A stretch of DNA of 64,000 nucleotides from Chitinivibrionales bacterium. Lineage in GTDB: Bacteria > Fibrobacterota > Chitinivibrionia > Chitinivibrionales > FEN-1185. Shown piece after piece: positions 56,744 through 64,000 of the stretch. Under the pieces are notes generated by a model, which was not told where the DNA came from, made no database searches, and saw nothing but the letters and a program-made list of their open reading frames with translations. The stretch's first letter is position 1; each line of letters starts with the position of its first letter. The DNA lies in assembly GCA_035516255.1 (NCBI GenBank), contig DATJAL010000016.1:80629-144628 (forward strand), read 5' to 3'. A program made the translations under genes and the position numbers.

Positions 56744-58711
56744 TTATTTCACTGTCGACTGCAAACCGTCAACCGTCAACAGCTTTCTTCCCTTATCGGT
56801 TATAACCCTCACATCCCCCTGCCTTTCGGTGATTCCCTCGCTGTCAAACAACGCGTAGAGCAAAAGGCATATTTTCCTGTTGCCCGAAACAAGGTCGCGG
56901 AACTGCGCCACGGTGATTCCTTTCGGCTCTTTTATGAGCGCATTCAACAGCAATGTCCTGCATTTGTCAACAATTGAGTGATGAAGATACTGCCCTTCAA
57001 CCAGGTACGCCTTTTTCGCAGACACCAGATATTGCAAAAGCTGCCGCAGCCGTTTTTCATCAATTCCGCGCTGTTTGGCAGAAGTGATTATTTCGCTCAT
57101 CAGCGGCGTCTGCATCCCGCACTTCTTGATCATGTCTTCTACGCGGACGCCCCGTTCAGCATCGCCGGCTGAAAGGCTCACCGAGCGGCCGGCAAGGGAA
57201 AACGTGTGGCCGACGCGCCTGAGCTTTCCCTCTTTGACAAGGCTGTCCAGAAACACCTGGGTGAATTCCGCGGCGGCCGGACCGTTTCCCAGGCCGAGCA
57301 TGCCCTGCAGCTCCTCTGCGGTCCTTCCCTTTTCGTCAAAGGGATTACTCTCGTGAAAATCCGAAACGCTCTTTAAGGCCTTTGCGCTCAGCGCATCGCG
57401 GCGTTCCTGCGTGACAAGATAATACTTTTCAGGCGAAGGCAGCACCGCAATGCCCTGCGGAGGATTTTGAGCGATTTGCTCGACAACCTGCTCCGGCGAA
57501 ACATTGAGCGTTTCCGCGAGCGCGGCATGGTCGATCCCCGAGGGCTGCTTTGCCGTTTCAATCACGATCAACTGTGAAAGGCCGCCGCCGGCAAGGCCCT
57601 TGAGCCGCTCCACGAGCTGCGGCGGCCTTCTCCGGTGATGGAGCGGGTGCGGATCGATGACTTCGCCGCCGCCGATGGTGATGTCGCCCGCGCTCGCGCG
57701 CAGCACGAACGCGTCGTTGGCCTGGGCCACGCACGGAAGCGGCAGGTGCAGCTGGGCAAGGCCAGTTCCGCCTCCGTCAAGGTGGTCCTTCTCGAGCAGG
57801 CGGATGCGCGCCTGCGCCTCGAAGGTTCCCATGATGAGCGTTGCCTGCGACCAGGCGCCAAGCGGCCGCACGCCGGTAAACAGCCGCAGGTTGGCGTCGA
57901 GAAGCAGCGAGCCCGTGAGCGGCCGGTCAGCCACCAACATGCCGCGCGTGAATTCCTCTTTGGAAAGACCCACCAGGTTGAGCGACGCTCGGTCACCGGC
58001 GGCCGCCTCGCCCACTTCCTCGCCGTAACGCTCGATGCGGCGCACGCGCAGTTCTTTTCCGGCCGGCAGGAGCCAGGCAGGGCTCCCGGCGCGCAGCGTG
58101 CCGCCCGTGACCGAGCCCGTGACCACCGTGCCGAACCCGCTCACGGAAAATATCCTGTCGATGTACATGCGGAACACGCCGCCGGAAGCGCGCTGGGAAG
58201 CGGCCGAGGCCACTTGCGCAATGGCGGCGACAAGCTCGGAAGTGCCCGCGCCGGTCGTTGCGGACACGTTGACCAGGGGACAGCCGTCGAGAAAAGTGCC
58301 TTTTGTAAATTCACGGATGCGCGCCCGCACCGCTTCGAGGCCCGGGCCGTCAACAAGGTCCGCCTTGTTCACCGCGACAAGCCCGCGCCTGATGCCGAGC
58401 ACCTGGCAGATCTGCAGGTGCTCGGCCGTCTGCGGCATCACGCCCTCGTCCGCAGCGACCACCATGAGCACGAAGTCAATGCCGTGCGCTCCCGCCACCA
58501 TGGTGTGCACGAAATCGCGGTGGCCCGGCACGTCGATGATGCCGACGACGTCCCCGTTGGGAAGCGTGAGGTGGGCGAATCCGAGGTTGATGGTGATGCC
58601 GCGCCGCTTTTCCTCTTTGTGCGTGTCGCAGTCGATGCCGGTAAGGGCCTTGACAAGCGCGGTCTTGCCGTGGTCGATGTGGCCCGCCGTGCCCATGATG
58701 AGGCGCTTCAC
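56744..58711 (-). CDS. selB: Selenocysteine-specific translation elongation factor SelB
   Basis: GTP-binding motifs GHIDHGKT, DVPGH and NKAD, EF-Tu-like domains II/III, and C-terminal winged-helix SECIS-binding repeats. The GTG at 58711 overlaps the selA stop (GTGA); the ATG at 58696 is an alternative start. The longer ORF to 58951 overlaps selA. Confidence 0.9.
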   Translation of the reverse strand: MKRLIMGTAGHIDHGKTALVKALTGIDCDTHKEEKRRGITINLGFAHLTLPNGDVVGIIDVPGHRDFVHTMVAGAHGIDFVLMVVAADEGVMPQTAEHLQICQVLGIRRGLVAVNKADLVDGPGLEAVRARIREFTKGTFLDGCPLVNVSATTGAGTSELVAAIAQVASAASQRASGGVFRMYIDRIFSVSGFGTVVTGSVTGGTLRAGSPAWLLPAGKELRVRRIERYGEEVGEAAAGDRASLNLVGLSKEEFTRGMLVADRPLTGSLLLDANLRLFTGVRPLGAWSQATLIMGTFEAQARIRLLEKDHLDGGGTGLAQLHLPLPCVAQANDAFVLRASAGDITIGGGEVIDPHPLHHRRRPPQLVERLKGLAGGGLSQLIVIETAKQPSGIDHAALAETLNVSPEQVVEQIAQNPPQGIAVLPSPEKYYLVTQERRDALSAKALKSVSDFHESNPFDEKGRTAEELQGMLGLGNGPAAAEFTQVFLDSLVKEGKLRRVGHTFSLAGRSVSLSAGDAERGVRVEDMIKKCGMQTPLMSEIITSAKQRGIDEKRLRQLLQYLVSAKKAYLVEGQYLHHSIVDKCRTLLLNALIKEPKGITVAQFRDLVSGNRKICLLLYALFDSEGITERQGDVRVITDKGRKLLTVDGLQSTVK

Positions 58712-60114
58712 AGGGCCTCCACGGCGCATGCCGCGGCAATCGCCTCCGCCAAGGCGGGAAGTTCCGATTCCCGCACGGCAAGCATGTCGAACACCAGGCT
58801 CCCTTCCCGCAGCACGGCCACCACCGGGCGTTCGGCGGCGCAGAGCCGGTTGAAAATTCCCTTGAGGGAATCGTTTTGTCTCGGGCCTTTTTTCTCGATC
58901 ATAACGCCGCAGCTCGGGATGGAAAGCTCTGGCAGCGTGCCGCCGCCGCACTGGCCCTGCGTGTCTTCAACTGACGATTCGATGCCGCGGCCGTTGAGCA
59001 TTTCCTGCAGCATGACGGCAAGCCGGCGCGTCTCCTCCCTCGCCCTTGACAGATAGGTAAACGTCGGGTTGTTCTTGACAAGCGCGCCATCGTCGAGATA
59101 GGACCGACACGCGGCCGACAAAGCGGCCATGGTGAGCTTTCCAACGCGTAGGGCGCGCATGAGCGGCGCGCGGGAGAGTTTCGCCACGAGCGCCTTTTTC
59201 CCGGCAATGATGCCCGCCTGCGGGCCTCCCAGAAGCTTGTCGCCGGAAAAAAGCACAAGGTCCGCCCCGCTTTTGACGGCGGACGCCACGTCGGGCTCGT
59301 TTTCGAGCCGCAGGCCACTCGGTTTACGGACAAGACCGGAGCCGATGTCATAAACAAAGGGGATCCGTTTTTTTCTCGCGAGCGCCGCGCATTGCCCGAG
59401 CGTTGCCTCTTCAGTAAATCCTTTCACGCTGAAATTTGAACGGTGCGCCTTGAAGATCACGGCGGTGCTTTTTGAAATTGCCTTTTCGTAATCGGCGATG
59501 CGCGTGCGGTTGGTGGTGCCCACCTCAACCATGCGGCAGCCGGCCGCCGCCATGATGTCCGGGACGCGGAACTCGCCGCCGATTTCGATGAGCTCCCCGC
59601 GCGAGACGATGACCTCGCGGCCGGCCGCCAAGGTGGAGAGCGCAAGCACGATGCCGGCCGCATTGTTGTTGACGACAAGGGCATCCTCGGCGCCGGTGAG
59701 AAAGCAAAGCAGACTTGACACATGCTTGTTCCTGTCCCCGCGCCTGCCGGTCGCCGTGTCGAATTCAATATTGGAATAACCGGCAATAATTCCCGCCATG
59801 CCGTTAAGCACCGCCTCGCCGAGCACTGCCCTGCCGAGATTAGTGTGCAAAACAACGCCCGTGGCATTGATGACGGGCCTCAGCGACGGCGTGGTGATCG
59901 AGCAGATTCCCGCCGCGACCATGGCCTCGATTTCTTGACTTAAAGGAATGTCCCCGTCCGGCGAAAGAGTGCTTCTTATCCTGGAAAGCACCGCGCGTGC
60001 GGCAAAAACCGCAGGCGCATGGCCATGACGGCTTGCCAGGGGCGCCACGGACGCGCTTTTCAGCAGCGCGTCAACGCTGGGGAGCGACCTGAGATTTTTA
60101 TTTTCTTTTCTCAT
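58708..60114 (-). CDS. selA: L-seryl-tRNA(Sec) selenium transferase SelA
   Basis: N-terminal LRSLPSVDALL, the PLP-lysine region FSGDKLLGGPQAGII, and a length of about 468 aa. The ATG at 60114 is preferred over 60144. Confidence 0.9.
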   Translation of the reverse strand: MRKENKNLRSLPSVDALLKSASVAPLASRHGHAPAVFAARAVLSRIRSTLSPDGDIPLSQEIEAMVAAGICSITTPSLRPVINATGVVLHTNLGRAVLGEAVLNGMAGIIAGYSNIEFDTATGRRGDRNKHVSSLLCFLTGAEDALVVNNNAAGIVLALSTLAAGREVIVSRGELIEIGGEFRVPDIMAAAGCRMVEVGTTNRTRIADYEKAISKSTAVIFKAHRSNFSVKGFTEEATLGQCAALARKKRIPFVYDIGSGLVRKPSGLRLENEPDVASAVKSGADLVLFSGDKLLGGPQAGIIAGKKALVAKLSRAPLMRALRVGKLTMAALSAACRSYLDDGALVKNNPTFTYLSRAREETRRLAVMLQEMLNGRGIESSVEDTQGQCGGGTLPELSIPSCGVMIEKKGPRQNDSLKGIFNRLCAAERPVVAVLREGSLVFDMLAVRESELPALAEAIAAACAVEAL

Positions 60115-60208
60115 TTGACAAAGGCTTTGCGGATGCGCGCCCAAGGGGGCCCTCTACCGAAGGGTTCGACACATTTACCCGTCAATGCGTCTACCCGTCA
60201 ACTATGTT

Positions 60209-60304
60209 TGGCAGAGAGGGCAGGAATCGAACCTGCCACAGACGGTGTTATCCGCCCGCCACTGGTTTTGAGGACCAGCCGGAACACCAGTTCCAACCCC
60301 TCTG
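60209..60304 (-). tRNA. selC: tRNA-Sec (anticodon UCA)
   Basis: On the minus strand: 8-bp acceptor CAGAGGGG/CCTCTCTG (one G-U), D arm TGGAAC-TGGT-GTTCCG (6-bp stem, 4-nt loop), anticodon arm GCTGGT-CCUCAAA-ACCAGT, a long variable arm, and T arm GCAGG-TTCGATT-CCTGC. It lies directly upstream of selA. The exact ends are uncertain by 1-2 nt. Confidence 0.8.
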
Positions 60305-60400
60305 GGAGTAAAAATAGTTTGAAAAGACCCACATTTTAAAAGAATTTGAGCAGCTGTTGCGTTACGCATTGTTAATGTCCTATTTCAATTCCACGTTCTT

Positions 60401-60556
60401 ATTAATGGGGTCAGAATATAGATGACATTTTTGATGGTAACCGGTACCACTCATGGTGAGCTCATTTACCCTGAGCTCGCCGAAGGGAACCATGAGCATT
60501 CACCCTTCGACAGGCTCAGGGCGAACGGTTGTCATCTATTAAATGACCGGATTAAT
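60401..60556. mobile_element. MITE-like element with ~27-bp imperfect terminal inverted repeats and a nested internal hairpin
   Basis: The TIRs are ATTAATGGGGTCAGAATATAGATGACA (60401-60427) and TGTCATCTATTAAATGACCGGATTAAT (60530-60556), matching at 20 of 27 positions. The inner stem is CCCTGAGCTCGCCGAAGGG (60469-60487) with CCCTTCGACAGGCTCAGGG (60503-60521). There is no ORF. Confidence 0.5.
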
Positions 60557-60647
60557 GAGATGAAAATTAAATGAACGGGCAGGACATTATTTTTACGAAT
60601 CTCAAATATTGCGGAACCTCAATGGATAGACAGGAAAAACCCACGTC

Positions 60648-60708
60648 ATGCCCGGGAAAACGGGCATCCACTGTCAATGTTAAGTTGGATTCCCGCCTTC
60701 GCGGGAAT
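60648..60708. repeat. Pair of short GC hairpins (ATGCCCG-GGAAAA-CGGGCAT and ATTCCCGC-CTTC-GCGGGAAT)
   Basis: Perfect 7-bp and 8-bp stems at 60648-60667 and 60689-60708. When translated they give the ...DSRLRGNG/IPAFAGM-type strings often seen as spurious ORFs in many genomes. Confidence 0.6.
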
Positions 60709-60730
60709 GGCAAATGTAAAGATAATTCGG

Positions 60731-61246
60731 TTACACTACACTCGGATCCTCCGCCGCATGTTCCCGGAAATCTTCCACCATATGCCTTTCAATCTGTGCC
60801 GCCTTAAATTTTCCAAGATCTCTCAGCCTTCCCAGGTACTCATACCACGTCAGGCTGTTTTTGCATCTCTCGCCGAATGTGTCCGGATGGATATCTTGGA
60901 TGCTCAGCCCAAGACATCCCCTGGTAAGGCTCTTCAATAAGCGCCGGGACTTTGCCTCGTTAAGAAGACTTCCGTTGGTGAAAAGGGAGACCGCCAGACC
61001 GAGGCCGTTTGCAAATTCAATCGCCCCGAATAGTTCCGGATGAAGGAGCGGCTCCCCCAGCACATGGAAGCAGACGGTCTCGGCAAGCTTCTTTTCGCCG
61101 AGCTCACGGAGGATCTTCTCCCACAGAGGGCGCTTCATGCTCGTCCGAGGACGGAGCAACGAGTCGCTCGGGCAGAAATTGCAATGGAAGTTGCATGCGT
61201 TGGTAAGCTCGACATGGTCGATGGGCCACAAGACGTTCGACGTCAT
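60731..61246 (-). pseudogene. Radical-SAM domain gene, apparently 3'-truncated
   Basis: The N-terminus carries the CNFHCNFC (CxxxCxxC) cluster and the GEPLLHP motif. The ORF stops after 171 aa exactly where the hairpin/MITE-like repeats begin, and no continuation exists in any frame before tRNA-Sec. Confidence 0.5.
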
Positions 61247-61443
61247 GAGAAATCTTACCCTTTTATTTTTATCAAATTATTCCCTGTAGCAAATACTGCG
61301 GCAATTGTCGTTTCCGTGTTGCTGCGCCATTATGTATATATCCGCTTGTCGCCGCTCCTGTCCCGAAAGAGGTGAAAGAAGCTGCAGCAGGATTTTCTGA
61401 TATGCAAACCGAATGACTCGCGGCAAGGATACGGGATTTCGCA

Positions 61444-63510
61444 CTATCTCGCAATTATCAAGGATTTGCTTTCCTGGCAGTTTCCGGCTTGCAACCGGCA
61501 AAGGTAAAGCCCTGCCGGAAGCCTGCCGGCATCAAACCTGACGGAGTATTGTCCCGGATTTTTCTCGCCATCTTCGACAAGCGCAACTCTTTTTCCGAGT
61601 ACCGTATAAATGCCAAGGTGGACAAGGCAGTGGGATTGGATGCCGTAGTTCAGCGTGATGGCTGCACGGGAGAAGACCGCGTGAAGTCTTGTGGGGAAAG
61701 AAAAAGGTTTTTGATTCTGCGGAAGTACCTGCATTTCGGAAAGGGGTCTGCGCCAGACCCCGCCGCCCAGGACGCCCGCAATCAGATTTCCGCCGCTTAT
61801 GGCGAGCGAGGAGACCGATGTGTTCGTGAGACCGCTGTCAAAGGCTGCCCAGGTCTTCACGCTGTCCGCGGAAAGAAAAACCCCGTTATAGGTGCCAGCA
61901 AAGATGTTGCCGCCGCTTGCCGCAAAGCAGGAGAAATCTGTGAAATTGGCAACTCCGCTTCCGACGGCCGACCACGAAGCGCCGTTGTTCGTGGAAATTG
62001 ACAAATGTGAGCCGCCGGCAAATATGCTGTTGCCGATGACGGCAAGGGCATCAATGAACACATCCGCAAGGCTGGTGTCGGTGGTGTGCCATGACGCCCC
62101 GGAGTCAGCGGAAAGAAATACACCGCAACCGTAGGTACCCGCGGCAATTTCGTTTCCGCCCACCGCAAGGGTGTTCACGGTGCGGCAGTCAAGACCGTTG
62201 GTGGCCGGGATCCACGATGCCCCATTGTCCGTGGTGCGGTACACATCGCCGCTGGCGGCGAAGACGCCGCCACCGCTCACCGCCAGTGCGTGTATATACG
62301 GGTTGGCCAGTCCGGTGTTGACCGCGGCCCAGGAGGTTCCATTGTTCTGAGACAGAAATATCCCGTCGGCGGTGCCAGCAAAAATACCGCCTCCGCTCCC
62401 GGCCAAAACGTTGATTTGCCAATTTGTCAATCCTGTATTTTTTGCGGTCCACGATGTGCCAAGGTCTGTAGAAAGAAAAATCCCCCCAGATTGTGTGCCT
62501 GCGAAAATGGTGTCGCCTTTCGCCATGACCGTGTTTACCCATGTGTTCCTTATCCCCCTGTTGACTGCCGTCCATGACGTGCCGTTGTCCGTGGAAAGAA
62601 AAAGCCCCGCCCCGGTCCCGGCAAAGAGATCGCTGCCGCTTGCCAAGATAGCGGTGACGCCCGCGTGCGCCGGCAGACCGGTATTCGCTTTTGTCCAGGA
62701 TGCGCCGTTATTCGCGGAAAGAAACAAGCCGCTTGATGTTCCGGCGAAGATGTCGCTGCCGCCCACGATAAGGGCGTTTACAACCGTGTCAACAAGACCC
62801 GCATTGGCCGCGGTCCATGACGCGCCGTTGTTTGCAGACAGAAACACCCCGTTGCCGGTGCCGGCAAAGATATTGTTGCCATTCACCGCGATCGCGCTGA
62901 CATTCGTATTTGCCGGCAGCCCCGTGTCGGCCGCGGTCCATGATGCGCCGTTATTGACGGAAAGGAACACGCCGCCGTATGTTCCGGCAAAAACGGTATC
63001 ACCGCTCGCCGCAAGAGCATTCACATAGGTATACGGGAGGCCAACGCTGGCCGCGGTCCATGACGCGCCATTGTCGGCGGAGAGATATACTCCGCCGCCG
63101 GGACCGTCATCAGGGGGTTCCCTGGCGGCAAAGATATTGTTTCCGCTTATCGCAAGCGCGGTGACAAACCCGGGCGGAAACCCGGCATCAATGGCGGTCC
63201 ACGATGCGCCGTTGTCCTTGGAACTGTGCAGGCCGCCGCCGCTCACAAGGATCCTATTGCCACTCACCGCAAAGGAATTGACGGTCATATTCGTCGAAAG
63301 GCCGGCATCTGCAGGACTCCAGGACGCACCGTTATTCGCGGAAACGTACACTCCGCCGTACCGGGTGCCGGCAAAAACATCGCCGCCGCACACTGCGAGC
63401 GCGGTGATATATGCCGCCTCGGGACCATTGGTCTGCACCCACTGGCCGACCGCCTTGTTCGTCCCGATCAACCCGACGGCAATTGCTATAACCGCCAGAC
63501 ATTTTCTCAT
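61444..63510 (-). CDS. BNR/Asp-box (Ycf48/sortilin-like) repeat protein with a T9SS C-terminal sorting domain
   Basis: The ATG at 63510 gives a signal peptide. There are about 14 tandem ~45-aa units, each with S.(D/N)NGASWT. The C-terminal ~80 aa (ITLNYGIQSHCLVHLGIYTVLGKRV...GLYLCRLQAG) is T9SS type-A-like. Confidence 0.8.
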   Translation of the reverse strand: MRKCLAVIAIAVGLIGTNKAVGQWVQTNGPEAAYITALAVCGGDVFAGTRYGGVYVSANNGASWSPADAGLSTNMTVNSFAVSGNRILVSGGGLHSSKDNGASWTAIDAGFPPGFVTALAISGNNIFAAREPPDDGPGGGVYLSADNGASWTAASVGLPYTYVNALAASGDTVFAGTYGGVFLSVNNGASWTAADTGLPANTNVSAIAVNGNNIFAGTGNGVFLSANNGASWTAANAGLVDTVVNALIVGGSDIFAGTSSGLFLSANNGASWTKANTGLPAHAGVTAILASGSDLFAGTGAGLFLSTDNGTSWTAVNRGIRNTWVNTVMAKGDTIFAGTQSGGIFLSTDLGTSWTAKNTGLTNWQINVLAGSGGGIFAGTADGIFLSQNNGTSWAAVNTGLANPYIHALAVSGGGVFAASGDVYRTTDNGASWIPATNGLDCRTVNTLAVGGNEIAAGTYGCGVFLSADSGASWHTTDTSLADVFIDALAVIGNSIFAGGSHLSISTNNGASWSAVGSGVANFTDFSCFAASGGNIFAGTYNGVFLSADSVKTWAAFDSGLTNTSVSSLAISGGNLIAGVLGGGVWRRPLSEMQVLPQNQKPFSFPTRLHAVFSRAAITLNYGIQSHCLVHLGIYTVLGKRVALVEDGEKNPGQYSVRFDAGRLPAGLYLCRLQAGNCQESKSLIIAR

Positions 63511-63855
63511 AGAATCCCCGTCTGCCCGCCTCAAACATAATAATATAACGATTCATAACTTAAAAGCGACCATAAAAATCTCATCTTGTTAAAAAATGGT
63601 TTCCAACAGAAAACATTGTGCCCCTGTGGCGCATAACACTTAAGATCGAATTCATTCTTTAAACGATTTACCGGTGAATGAAAACAATAAAATTTCCTGC
63701 TCCAATCATTTCAGCTTTTATTTGAAATAAACTTCTTTTATTTGTAAAATATAGTACCGTGGATAACCGTTATCCGCTGATTAACCAGAATCAAGTATTT
63801 TTATAGGCGGATACACGCCGAGTAACAGTGTTTTTTATCGGATGCATTGGTAGTT

Positions 63856-64000
63856 ATGCTGCACGTCATCACCCACCTCGTCACCACCTTCGGGTACGCC
63901 ATCGTCGCCGCCTTCATCCTGCTGGAATGCGCCGGCTTCCCGATCCCGGGTGAAACCGCGCTGCTCGTCGCGGCGGGGTTTGCCGGTGCGGGCAAGCTGT
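63856..64000 (+). CDS. DedA-family membrane protein (3' partial, runs off the window)
   Basis: Translation from the ATG at 63856 gives MLHVITHLVTTFGYAIVAAFILLECAGFPIPGETALLVAAGFAGAGKL, a typical DedA N-terminus (..LE.aGxPiPgE..L..aG). Confidence 0.6.
   Translation, partial: MLHVITHLVTTFGYAIVAAFILLECAGFPIPGETALLVAAGFAGAGKL

Overview
Gene-dense, GC-rich bacterial chromosomal window. It probably comes from a Gram-negative of the FCB/Fibrobacteres-like radiation. This is an inference from T9SS-type C-terminal sorting domains, OMP barrels ending in Phe, and sigma70- and sigma54-like promoter matches. Content in order: (1) mreD(partial)-mrdA-rodA, then lgt-comF; (2) a secreted Tyr/Gly-rich protein and a VOC/glyoxalase gene behind a consensus sigma54 site; (3) tRNA-Ser(UGA); (4) a three-gene secreted-protein operon (YD-repeat protein, collagen-like protein with about 72 GXY triplets, duplicated-domain protein); (5) an atypical receiver protein divergent from a type IV pilus/T2SS-like block (GspE/PilB ATPase, secretin, PilMN/O/P-like proteins, a large PilX-like protein, two pseudopilins); (6) an S9 peptidase; (7) a stand-alone PilA-like pilin; (8) a lower-GC two-gene operon of unknown function; (9) a signalling operon (atypical receiver, multi-PAS hybrid histidine kinase, HD-GYP response regulator); (10) a membrane-protein/wHTH-regulator pair with a promoter-overlapping palindrome; (11) an envelope ABC cluster (LolD-like ATPase, two FtsX permeases, ABC-2 ATPase and permease, LolA-like protein, beta-barrel) interrupted by a DUF559 endonuclease gene; (12) tRNA-Pro and tRNA-Arg; (13) an acyltransferase/zinc-ribbon membrane protein/alpha-beta hydrolase operon; (14) an OMP; (15) a beta-CASP RNase; (16) a nitroreductase; (17) YfhO-GtrA-LRR lipoprotein and DUF3108-PAP2 genes; (18) a Ski2-like helicase; (19) the selenocysteine operon selC-selA-selB; (20) a truncated radical-SAM gene; (21) a BNR/Asp-box repeat protein with a T9SS tail; (22) a partial dedA. 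No CRISPR array, Cas gene, reverse transcriptase, integrase, transposase or phage gene was recognised. The most unusual property is that nearly every longer intergenic gap is filled by members of several distinct hairpin-forming repeat families. One family brackets the DUF559 gene as terminal inverted repeats. Others show paired, stem-preserving substitutions between copies. All calls rest on reading the sequence and ORF translations by eye; no searches were run.
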